A stretch of 56,146 nucleotides of DNA, the filler included, from Sluysia triapertura (Eukaryota), in NCBI GenBank assembly GCA_046118255.1. It is 4 parts of 4 records of this genome, joined end to end, with 100 filler letters (N's around TTAATTAATTAA, not from the genome) between each part and the next. Parts side by side here need not be neighbours in the genome. Positions count along the whole stretch, not along the records: positions 28,108 to 41,365 come from JBJNIA010049339.1; positions 41,466 to 56,146 come from JBJNIA010252195.1; 2 more parts are not named here. One strand, written 5' to 3'. Below the pieces are notes generated by a model, which was not told the DNA's origin, ran no database searches, and saw nothing but the letters and a program-made list of their open reading frames with translations. Of the stretch, positions 38,459 to 49,745 are shown piece after piece. Numbering within the stretch: the stretch's first letter is position 1; each line of letters starts with the position of its first letter. Made by a program: the position numbers and the translations under genes.

Positions 38459-38573
38459 TTTACATATTTATTTACATATTTACATATTTACATATTTACA
38501 TATTTACATATTTATTTACATATTTACATATTTACATATTTACATATTTACATATTTATTTATTTATTTATTT
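38459..38573. repeat. (TACATATT)n/(TATT)n compound microsatellite
   Basis: About 11 octamer units interspersed with TATT. Confidence 0.9.
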
Positions 38574-39039
38574 GTTGTTTACATAAGCATTATAAACGCA
38601 ATTTTGTACATATTAATGATTATCTGTGTTACTTTTATTAAATATTCGGACAATGTAGAAAAAAACACGATAAATTTTGATACTCAAATATTTAATATTT
38701 CGAATATTTTCTTTATTATTATTATTATTATTATTATTTTAAAGATAATGTTATCAAACATATTGTTGGAATTAAACGCAATAAAGTTGAACTTCAACTA
38801 TGTCTTTTAGTGTTCAGCGTTTTTTAGATATTATCAATGTTAACACGAACAGCGCTATAACTAATGTTTCTCTTAAAACGACAATGTTCGATTCTCACTT
38901 TTTTAATTAATTTTTTGTTTTAATTAACCTTTAAAATATGAACAATCATTTTTGCCAGGCCTTAAGCTTGCTTCAAATTATGTAAAATCCACAATTTTAT
39001 CAAAAAAACGTAAGAAAACGTTTGAGTATAAATATAAAA

Positions 39040-39540
39040 ATGTTGCGTTTTTATCTTTTAAATATTCTTTAAATTGTAAAAGACAATTGAATTAGTCACA
39101 ATCTCAATATATTACAACTATATCACAATATATCACAATAAAAATCAAATAAGTCAATTAAGTCAATATAGCACAGGCTTTTATGATAATTAATTATTAA
39201 AATAAAATAAAATTCAATTATAACATTCAATCTCAGAGGTTACACAACAAAAATAAATGTTAGTACCCAGAATACAATAAATAAGCAATAAAAATTCAAA
39301 GCTCAAATATATTCAAACAAGTGGGCTTAACAATAAAATTTAGTTCGATTTCTAAAGAATTGTAAGACAATAAATTAAATGGGTAGAACTAGTTGACGAC
39401 TCTGGTAGAAAGAAGAAACAACACAAAGGCGAACATGCATGCTTCTCCAAAATGACATTATAAGACTTTATCAACAAAATTACATATCGGTATTCTGGCA
39501 AGATTCAAAGTTCAAGCATAAGAATCCAAGTATAGTATTT
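39040..39540 (+). repeat. Interspersed repeat, inverted partner at ~46200-46915
   Basis: gtcacaatctcaatatatta..atatcacaataaaaatcaaataa..aaataaatgttagt.cccagaatacaataaataa is the reverse complement of 46620-46890. Confidence 0.8.
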
Positions 39541-39561
39541 GAAGTTTGTGTAAAAACTTAC

Positions 39562-39860
39562 TTAACCCTTTAACTGCAGGTATATATTTAATAGGCATAT
39601 ATTTAAAAGCAAAATTTTCAAATATAAATTACTTATTTTGTTTTAGAACAATATTTTAGTGTTAGGTTACTATCACGATCATCTAAAAATCATTAAACAA
39701 TTTTTAAAACCATTTAGAAAATATTTAAAAGCCTCCATATGACTAAGAACAATTATTTTCCAAAAAAAGAAAATAAGCTTCTAATAGAAGCTTCTAGAAT
39801 ATTCTAGAACATTCCATCTATTTATATTGGCTGATGACTAGAATATAAACTAGCATCAGT
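39562..39860 (+). mobile_element. piggyBac-like non-autonomous element, left end
   Basis: TTAA|CCCTTTAACTGC terminus (TTAA target + CCC start); second copy at 14330-14620; no right end found. Confidence 0.55.
39786..39815. promoter_or_regulatory. Perfect six-unit heat shock element
   Basis: aGAAgcTTCtaGAAtaTTCtaGAAcaTTCc = six contiguous alternating nGAAn pentamers; inverted CCAAT (attggct) about 12 nt downstream. Confidence 0.6.
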
Positions 39861-40734
39861 TTGCAAAGTACACAACATAATATGATAATATGATACACAA
39901 TAACATTGATACGATTTATTAATGTACATAAATGATTATTGATTTATTCTTATGAATATTTGATGATATATTTGCATTAATTTATTAATTTTAGAAATTA
40001 TTGATTTATAATAATTGTTAATAATTTTATTGTTAATTTTCAATATTGTAATTTTATTAAATAATTTAGTAATTTTATTAATAATTAATTTAAATTTCAA
40101 ATTTTAATTTGGTTTGTTTAAAATCTAACCTTCAGGGTCAATCCACGAACGTATATATAGCAGTATTTTTAAGTAAGTTTCACAATAATAATACACATGA
40201 TTCCAATTGTTATTACTACTAATTTAAATATTGAATTTTAAAAAATATTACTATTAATATACATATTAAATTTTTACAGTAATAAAATTTTGCATGAATT
40301 CTAAAAAAATTAATATTTGAATTCGATCTACAATGATAATCATTACCCACGAAGTTTTCTATGAATCTTTTGTTGGTAAATGAATTAAATAAATTATTAG
40401 TATATTTAATATTACTTAAAATATAAACAGCACAATATTTACTAGCTCAAACAAAGTAAGTGGAATTTTTTAATGAATCCAAATAAAATATTAATGAAGA
40501 AATAATAATGTTACTTTTTAGCTGTAATGTATTTCTTTTTAGAAATATTTATAACGTATTTTCTTTAGTGTTTCATTACGTCGTCATTGTTAATGTATGT
40601 TTCTTATTATAAATGTAATACAATATTATAATATAATATTACATTATTTATTTGTAATCATTTAATAGAAGGTTGTTTAAATAAAATGCAATTATTTATT
40701 TCAAAGAAAATATTTATAGTCAGTAATAATAAAA

Positions 40735-41215
40735 ACCGGGTGGTTCAAAAATCATTTAAAAACTCCAATTTTTCAATAACTGAACAGTTATTTATATGAA
40801 AAAATGATTGCCACATTCAAAATGAAAACAATTATATTTGATACACTGGTCGATCTTGTGGCTAAATTTAGAGACCTCTCTATACAAGTATACATGAATA
40901 TTATGAAGACATTGTACAATTTGATGTTGCAATGGATCAAGTTTTGTGAAATTTTTAAATGAGGCTATAACCAGAAATCCACGCATTTTCCAGCTTTTGA
41001 TCCAGAATTTGGCAAGCCTTGTTACTCGCAGTACCAGGCTTTATTAAGTAGGTCCATTGCATGGTGAATCACTCAATAGTGTTTCTAAAACAGCACATAA
41101 CCAAAATCTTTACTCTTTATATCATCGTTTATTCTTTTGTGGATTCTGTTTAGCAATGGCCACTGAACTATTTAATTCACAGTGTCACTCATTAAAGCAT
41201 ATTGGTTTCATGTCA
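40735..41215 (-). mobile_element. Tc1/mariner-superfamily transposase remnant (3' part)
   Basis: PICFNE*HCELNSSV..KQN (FSDEAHFxLNGxVNxQN-like) and C-terminal KIDQCIKYNCFHFE (R...CI...G.HFE-like); ACCGGGTG end. Confidence 0.5.
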
Positions 41216-41257
41216 TTCAATTATAATATACTTATTAAACAATTTGATACAATAGAG

Positions 41258-41335
41258 CAGGGGTCTTCAACCTGGGTTCCGAGGAACTCTATGGTTCCCT
41301 GGAACGTTGACAGGGGTTCCGCAACTGATTAAGTC
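41258..41335 (+). mobile_element. hAT (Charlie-type) element left end
   Basis: tagag|CAGGGGTCTTCAACCTGGGTTCCG..GGTTCCC..CAGGGGTTCCGC, typical Charlie-like TIR and subterminal motifs; truncated near the gap. Confidence 0.6.
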
Positions 41336-41365
41336 AAAACACATATAACATAATAACGATGTATA

Positions 41366-41465
41366 NNNNNNNNNNNNNNNNNNNNNNNNNNNNNNNNNNN
41401 NNNNNNNNNTTAATTAATTAANNNNNNNNNNNNNNNNNNNNNNNNNNNNNNNNNNNNNNNNNNNN
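41366..41465. other. Artificial contig-join linker
   Basis: 44N-TTAATTAATTAA-44N. Confidence 0.97.
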
Positions 41466-41519
41466 AAGTACTTCTATACTACATATTACTTCTATACTAT
41501 ATAATACTATATATTATAT

Positions 41520-41591
41520 CAGTGGTGTCAAAGTGGCGGCCCACGGAGGCAAATCATGCGGCCCGTAAAGCAAAAAGGTTTGACACCACTG
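41520..41591. mobile_element. 72-bp miniature hAT element
   Basis: Perfect 13-bp TIRs CAGTGGTGTCAAA/TTTGACACCACTG, two internal GCGGCCC motifs, right flank ctctaaat (Charlie-type nTCTAnAn target). Confidence 0.8.
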
Positions 41592-41729
41592 CTCTAAATC
41601 TAAATTTATCAACCATTTACAAATACTACTACTACAATAACAATCATTATTATTATATTATAGCATTAATAATAATAATTATTATTAATGCTTTATTAAA
41701 TTTGAAACTGTGTATGTATTTGTACTAAA

Positions 41730-42780
41730 AAAACCTTCCGGTGAAAGTATTGTTTGACCGAATTCATGCAAGTAAAGCCATAATATTGAACAAAGTTAAA
41801 TTTTAATTAATTTTTAATTACGGAATGTTGAATTTTTTATATTTCCAATGATGAAAATGTAATCAATTGAATATGAGATGATTGCTATGAAAGAGGAGAA
41901 TCTAGAAGAGAGTTTGCAATGTCCGCTGAGTGGTTTGTTTGAGAATAAGAACCTTAAACATTTTCATTAGAAAATTGGGTGTAAAAATCCGAAAATCAAT
42001 TAAATTCTAAAAATTAAATTCATTATTTTTATGCATGTTAATATTATTGATTGTTATTTTAATGTGAGAAGTAATTCAAACAAAAATAGATCAAGTAGAA
42101 TAGAAGAAAATAATAGTTGATCATTAATCAAATTTTTGTGTTTGACAGACCGTACCGGGTAATTATGAAAGTTGTTACTCTTGGTTTACTTTTCAAGAGG
42201 TTTTGATTATTTGTGTGAGATAATTCGATTGTGAAATTCAGGAGTAATTGGATGATGAGAAATTATAAAATGAAAAAGTTAAAATTTATACAATCACACA
42301 AACCTTTAGTGTTGCGATGTCAATGTTAAGAAGATCCACGATTTAGACAAGTTTAGGTAAATTTATTGGTACAAGTAATTATCAGGACATTTTACTTGAT
42401 TTTTTTAACTAATATAGTTTATTTGAAAGTTTCATTTGGTGAATGATCAATAATATTGAAATAAAATTATTTGGAAAATTTAAGTATCATTATTAATTTG
42501 ATTTAGATTTTTAAGATATTTATAAATTGATTTTAGAGAGGCTCCCTGCCAAAATTATTTTGAAAAAGGTTATTATAGAGAAATATTTAACCAATTGATT
42601 TTGAGTTTATACTATTAAAATTGTAAATTTTTAAAGTGTACAAATTAAATTTTTCGTAGAAATTATTATTGGTTGCGTCATTTTTGGTTTCTGAAGTAAA
42701 TTATTGCGTTGTTAATATTATCATAAATTTTACTGTTACCTATCTGGTACTACTTTCTATTAAATAACTCTTTTAAAGTT
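41730..42780 (-). repeat. 1.8-kb repeat, copy D (partial, inverted)
   Basis: gtttgaccgaattcatgcaag, gagatgattgctatga, ttgacagaccgtacc and aatgtgagaagtaatt are shared with copy B. Confidence 0.8.
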
Positions 42781-42969
42781 AACTCTTTACAGGATCATTC
42801 ATAGATTCATTATTAAACCAAATTTATATTTAAATATTAAATAATTTTAACAACTAATATTATTCAATAAAAAATTTTCAAACGTGATTTTGTCATTGTA
42901 ATCATAATTTATGTTTACAAAATTGTCCACTTTTAGAGCTTCAGTTTGTTTTTCATTGAAAGCTATAAT

Positions 42970-44615
42970 TTAAACATTCGAACAAACTAAATTGTTATGT
43001 GATGTGCATTTAATATATTCTGTTAAATGTACAAAAACCTTAGATTGATTTAAGCACGAAAATAATCTATTTAAATAAGTAAAATGTGAAATGTTAGTAG
43101 AACACGATGTTTTTAAACATTTCGCGCCATATTCAATATTAGAATTTAAATAACCAATATTTGTTTCATAACATTTGGAATCGGAGCCAAAATAATTATC
43201 ATTATTTACATCGATAACTGAAGAATTATTATAACAATCTATCAAAGAATAAATAGGGCAATATTCCATGTATTCACTTGATCCAGCTAAAGAACTATAT
43301 GGAAAATATTGATATTTTTTATTAAGTTCTGAATATGAATATAAATTACAATATTTCATGTATCGTAAATTAGTTGAACACGAAAATTTATTACGATCCT
43401 TTTCTGGTGCTGTACAAAATGGATCAGGGAGTTTATTATTTTTTAATTTTTCATTCATGTACTCATAACAACCTTTTAAAAAGAATGTACAACCAGCTTT
43501 GTATCCGTACATCATTTTATCAGCTGAATTGAAATCTACATCATACCAGCCAGTATCGAAAAGGAATGCTAAAGTTAAAGATGATAAACTTGACCCTTCA
43601 GTCTCAATAGGTGACATTATGTCACCATATGCAATATATCGATCAAAATGCGAAAAATTGTTTACATCATAATCTTCTAAATCAACACTATCAATCCAGG
43701 GACAGCCATAGTATTCACGTGCTTTCTCGATAACGGTAGGTAAAACTAAAGCATTAATCGTTTTAGTATATTTAGTTCTAAAACTGGATCTTGATCTAAC
43801 AACTTGTTTGACAATTTTAGTACTTATTCCATTTCTTGATAATGGTCTATTGTATAGGTCTCGTCTTATTAAAGGTTTTCCGTCCTGATCTCGAAAGTAT
43901 TGAAAAAGAAATTTAGAAAATCCTAAAACATGTATTAATTCGTGTAAAATAGCATAAGTAACTCTTTTATTGCTATAATCAAAAAGATTATTACATAAAA
44001 TAATTTCACCCATTTTAGGCCTGTCGTACAATTTTTCTAATGCACATGCTCCACCAAGTGCAAGAACTGTATCATCATCGCATTTTCGTTTAGTAACTAT
44101 AATAACTAAATCAACATCATTTACACCTTCTCCACTGTATCCAGTATAAAATATTCCGGAATTGTTTAATATCTTACACCTGTGTAAAAATTTCTCTGGA
44201 ATTTGAGAATTAATACAATAAGTTTTTGATTTACAACCATATTTACAACCCACTTCACCATTTTGTGGATTTCCTAACAAATAACCTCCAATACATTTCG
44301 ATCAACTTTTAAATTTTCATTGTATGGATAACGTGGTTTTACAGATCTAATCAATCTCTCATAAGCTGGTATAATAAAATTTGTTTTAATATTCTCAAAA
44401 TTAATATCCCTTCGCATTGCTTCAGAATAATGAAAATGAATTCTAAATTTATCAACATTTTGATTATTGTTAACATTGTAATTTGAAATACCTGAAATAT
44501 CGGGTATTATGTTTTCATCTTTCATAAATGATTCATGTTTACATAACTTTTGCTTATTAATATCGCAACTTATAAAATATAATAAACTGAAGTTAATAAA
44601 AATTGCAATTAGCAT
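42970..44615 (-). CDS. LMLN: Leishmanolysin-like/invadolysin metalloprotease (M8), intronless, with a 1-nt frameshift at ~44297
   Basis: Signal peptide MLIAIFINFSLLYFISC; CKH pro-region; ACALEKLYDRPKMGEIILC; HELIHVLGFS zinc motif; AREYYGC, LED, SHF (third ligand), DIMS Met-turn, LTLAFLFDTGWY, GYKAGCTF, EYCP. The two track ORFs join in frame if one A is added (GAT CGA AA[A] TGT = D R K C). Confidence 0.92.
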
Positions 44616-45109
44616 GAATAAAATAATTGATTTTTAATTATTTAAATATTTTAATTTTTATTTTAAATTAGGTTTTATTAAGTACTTACTGATATATAAT
44701 GATTAATTGAAATTTTATGAAAATACTATCCAAAAGTTAGAAAATTACAAGATTTATCATGTGAAATAAAGGCACCAGCTTAAATTATGAAGAAATAATC
44801 AAGAATGTTAAATTAAACTAAATTTAAAAATGAAAATGTGTTAAAAAGTTTAAAATTATTAAAAATAATAAAAATACTTAATAGATTAATGTTATTAATT
44901 ATTAACGTTTACTTAATTGTTTATATATTTTTAAAGAAAGAGTTGAAAGACTATATTTGTTTTGATTAATGATAAAATGAGATACAATAAACAGTAATGA
45001 GTTACTTTGGGTGCTCGAAATTCCGTTCTTCGTGGATACGGTAATGATGCGTTGTGTGTATTAGACTTTCTATTACTACTAATAATTATTATTATAATTA
45101 TAATTATAT

Positions 45110-45215
45110 TGTTAGACTTCTTAAATGAACTCACCGGGAATCGAAACCGGCGCCTCTCGCTTCACAACTGTGCATTTCGATACTCTGACCACTGAGCTAT
45201 TAGCCCCGTCTAACA
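45110..45215 (-). mobile_element. tRNA-derived module (best-preserved copy) with 10-bp inverted ends
   Basis: atTGTTAGAC-GGGGCTAATAGCTCAGTGGTCAGAGTA-tcgaaatgcacagttgtgaaGCGAGAGGCGCCGGTTTCGATTCCCGGTGAGTTCA-tttaagaaGTCTAACAat. A-box, B-box, D- and T-arms intact; tRNA-Ala-like GCGAGAGG; aberrant anticodon arm. Confidence 0.8.
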
Positions 45216-46199
45216 ATTTTATTTTATTATAGTCAATTATACTATTATTGTTCTTTGGCACTTTAGACCTATAGTCCATTAACAATAGATTAAAATTATA
45301 TTGTAATTAATAAATTAAATTGTCAAAATTATCGATTATTTTCTATTACTAAAAGGCTTGTTTAATTTTAATGGCAAAAAATCATTTCTATATTGATCAA
45401 ATTGAAGGTATAATGATTTTATAAAATCACTAGTGGTTATTGTATTATAATTATATATGTTCTAGGAATACCACTTACAAGTGTTTATAACATTACTGAC
45501 TAATTTGGAAAATAATCAAAAATTAAATGGTGTTTACCAATTTAGGAGGACATTTTAGAAATTAAAACTAAGATGTGAAGTCTTTTTAAATGCTTCATAC
45601 TGAAATGTTTGGAAAATGCAAAAAATTACAAAATAATAACTCATACATTGAAGTTCTTAAGAGTTAATAAAATATTTTTTAAAACACAATTCAGATTTTG
45701 CTGTTAAATCAGAATGAAATCATCTGTCGTGTCTGAATCTAAAATTAAATAAAAATTAATAGTACCATTAATTATAAAATTATAATAAAATTTATGCTAC
45801 TATTATTTAATATTCAAAATTAATAAAATTATAATAGAATAGAATAGATGAAAGTGCTTCATTATTACCAATAACAGTCATGTATAATATTCTAAAAATA
45901 ACACACGAAATATTTGCAAATATTTAGCCTCTGAATTTTATCATGAAATACGTCAACGTAGATATTGTAAAATCATCAGTTTTAATTAATTTTCTTTTTT
46001 ATAAAGTTAAATTTCGATGAATTATAATGAGCATACATAATAAAAGTATATATTAAATTAATGCTCATGAAGAGATCATTCTAAATATATTATTGAAATT
46101 GACGAGTGAAATTAACGTTATTATTAGCGTTAACGTGTTGTGTATTGCATCAAAAGTTATTATTGAAAACAAGATTGATATTTGTTTAGATTTAAATTC

Positions 46200-46915
46200 A
46201 ATTTAAGTTAATCTATTCTTGTATGGATAAGTATTATTATAACTATAATCATAAATTTTAATTTTATTATGTTCAAAAGATAAGAGTTTGTTTGCTGGAT
46301 AATACTAAGACTGAAATTCGACAGAAATTTATGTTAAAATTTGATTAATAAAATTGGCCAGCATAAAACCGACCCTAAGAAATAAGCTTGTCTTGTCTGC
46401 ATGTACAATAATTAAGTCGAATTCCCAACTTCTTAGCAATTATCCAAACACTGTATGAAGAACCACATTTTTATATCATTTAACAAAAAACAGAACAAAA
46501 GAAAATTATTATAACAGTTAATACTTTTGCTGAAAGAAGGCTTATTCAATAAAGAAGTGTCAAACATTGATTCTATCTTACAATTATTTAGAAATCTGAC
46601 TGTATTTTACTTTTTATTGAAAAAGCCAACTTATTTGTGCTTCGTTGAATCTTGAGTTTTTGTTGTTTATTTATTGTATTCTGGGCACTAACATTTATTT
46701 GTGTCGTGTAGCCACTGAGGTTGAGTATTATAATTGAATTTTATTTTACTGAACAATTAATTGTCGCAAAAGACTGAGTTATTTTGACTTAATCATTATT
46801 TGATTTTTATTGTGATATATTGTTATATAATTATAATATATTGAGATTGTGACTTATTTAATTGTGCTTTATAATTTAAATAATATTAAAAAAATAAAAG
46901 CTCACAACATTCTTA
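46200..46915 (-). repeat. Interspersed repeat, partner of 39040-39540
   Basis: Reverse-complement similarity over at least 300 nt. Confidence 0.75.
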
Positions 46916-48239
46916 ATTCTGAATTTTTTAATCTTATGTTCGTAAATTTTCATTTTTATTGCTATAAATAAATTTTTAAATTTTTCTACAATTGATAAAG
47001 AGGTACGTTTTGATATAAGTCCGACATTAGTGCCGCAGTATAATATTGTACTATGTCCGAATGATCAATTGTTAAAAATGTAAATGTAACCTGAATTGTA
47101 GTTCATTTATTTCCGTTTTCTACTTGTTGAACCGAAATATTTTCTTACGACAGGCATAATATGTGGAATATTTTAAAAAGTAACTTAAAACACCATCACA
47201 AAATGCTCCAAACAAGAGTTCACCTATAGTGTGAATGACTTATAACCTTATGATAGGTATCCCTGTAGGATTTTACAATATTTAATGTAACAGATAAATT
47301 TTGAGGAAACTTTTACTTTATATTCTTAGTGCAAGACATAATATTCAAAACCTTACTGCGGTGAATGCAAAGGTATATACAATAATGCAACTTTACTTTA
47401 AGTTTATTCTTTGCAAACTCTTGGATCTAATTTTATGCGTTTAATATCAACTTAATAATATGTTTAAAAAATTACTTTTAATGCCTATCAAATTTTTTAT
47501 TTATTAAATAGTATTACTTCGAAAAACTTTTTAAAATAATTTCAATTATCCAACAATTCGATTATTACTTTTGATATCAACCTTAATCATTTTATCAGAA
47601 AAAACAAAAATATTTTCTGAAGTATATAAAATATTACTACAAAGAAACAATAAATATCATAAAAATATTATTGTATTAATATTTTTACAATAAATTTATG
47701 GATGATTTTATTAATAACATTAAACTACTTCAAATTATTAAAAATTGATTTTTGCTAGATTTTTATTTCTTGCCTTAAACAAGGGAACTTATCTTATATG
47801 AACTTATGAGATATTTTATAGTAGTTTAAAAATTGCGTTCTTGGAGAATTTCTTCCAGAACGAGTGAGTCGTCGGATTTTTACATTCGCGTCCTGGAATT
47901 GCTCGACTAGATTAATCGGAAATAACCGATTTAGCGAATTGATAATGAAACAATTTAATTAATAATTTTATGAAAAATGATTGTACATGAAAAATAGCAT
48001 ATAAACTAAAGTATAATGTTGAAACTCATTAGTATTATTGATATTGAAATGTTACGAAACAATTCGACGCAAATTACATTATCGTATAATGTAAAGTTTA
48101 ATTTATGTATGTTGTAATTATAATTAAGTATAATTAAAGTATAAATTAAATTGATGCTTACTAAGATACCAGTTTACAGAGAGACGCACTTTAAACGTAT
48201 GACTTATTGTACAAAAACTTTTTATAGAAAAGAAATGTC

Positions 48240-48460
48240 AGATGACTAAAGTAAAAGTAAACTTACCGGTTAGGACTAGAGCGTTGGATTTTTGTAAATT
48301 AATAACTTATGGAGGTTAATATATACGTTCGGTGAGATTATACAAGAGATTTTTAAAGAAATTATATTTATCTACTTAAAAATGAGAAGGCTTATTAACT
48401 ATTAGTATTAATATTTTACTAAGATTCTTTCGTAGAAAGAATCTGAAAGAATTATTTTTG
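48240..48460. repeat. Old interspersed repeat, also at ~54200-54400 (and weakly inverted at ~17240-17340)
   Basis: acttaccggttaggactagagcgttggattttt versus acttacctgttagggccagccgttggattttt. Confidence 0.5.
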
Positions 48461-48908
48461 ATTTATGATATTTTACATTAAATTTTAATATTAGGATTTA
48501 TAATTTAAACGAAATCGTTAAAAAACTTTGTATAATTTGCTTCGTTTTAATGCAGGCGTCAACATTTATTGGGTTGGATTTTTTTATAACTTTGAATTTG
48601 TATATTGTTATTAAAGAAAAATCGATACATTGTCATTTTTGTAATATGTTGAGATTACGTGTTAATTTAATTGTTAAGTTATTATTGATAATTTTGAATA
48701 GACACAACCAAAGCTTAAATACTATTTTTCATGAAAATAGACATCACACTGTAAAAGTATTTAAATCATTTATATATAGGCTTCAAATCCTTAAAATATT
48801 AATTTTTTTGTCGTTGAAATAATTGTTTCACCCTTATTATATTTCAAAGTTTTATTATTACTATTATTATTATTATTATTATTATTATTTTATTACTAGA
48901 ATGAAGTA

Positions 48909-49745
48909 CAGTAACTACTCTTATCCGCCAAAAACGGTACTATGATAAAATGTGGCGGTTTATAGAAAATGGTCGCTTTTAGAGTAAAACATAATAAAAT
49001 TTATTTAAAAAACCAATAAAACATTTATTTCTTTATTATTCAGTTATTCAAAGTCATATTAAATTTTCGTTTTTTCTGTGCTTTGCTTACTGAATCAATA
49101 CCAATGGTGTATCATTATCAAATGTGTTCGACTAAGCAAAGTAATTCTTAATCACTTGAAATGCATTGTAAAATTCTTGTTCTGTAAATAATTTTGTATT
49201 GATATTATCCTTAATTTATTTTTCATCTTCCATGATCTCACATTAATAAAACATCCATTTCATTGTACACTAAATCCAAAAAGCTCTTTTCATCAATTGA
49301 ATCTAAAATATTTGATTTTGACACAAAACCATTATTAGTGCTGCATACCACTGTGCATGTTTGAAACTATTGGCAGTGGTCACTGCATTTACTTCACGCC
49401 AAACTAAATCTTTAAATATCATTGCATTCGTACTGTTGATTTGTTGTATGTATCACATCCTGCTTCTATTCTTTCAATGATATCAGTCAGCTTTTTTCTT
49501 GTAAAATTTTACTTGAAACATTTTATAATTCCTTGATCCAATAAAGAATCTAGATACGTTTTAAATCTGGATCGACTCTGTGTGAAAGACAATTATCGAT
49601 TACCAACAAATATTTTGACCTAATGCTGTCTGTTTTGTGTTCCAATCTAGCAGCCATTTATTAAACATCTTCACCATCATCCATGCTCTTGCAGAATTTT
49701 TTGAAATAATGCGGCTTCTTAAATTTGCCAATAATCAGTATTCGA
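48909..49745 (-). mobile_element. Tigger/pogo transposon remnant (DDE domain pseudogene + TIR)
   Basis: Minus-strand LIIGKFKKPHYFK, ARAWMMVKMFNKWL, LLVIDNCLSH, LDQGIIKCFK, VWREVNAVTTANSFKHA are canonical Tigger DDE_1 motifs; TA|CAGTA terminus at 48909. Confidence 0.85.

Noticed and set aside
38604-38810. Short Ile/Phe/Asn-rich ORFs (e.g. 1424, 4791, 6968, 7037, 38604, 41522, 44931, 45007, 48550, 49799, 55019)
   Set aside because: Products of AT-rich or microsatellite DNA or repeats; no motifs or splice support.
44296-44298. Programmed ribosomal frameshift in the M8 gene
   Set aside because: No X XXY YYZ slippery heptamer or evident downstream structure; an indel is simpler.
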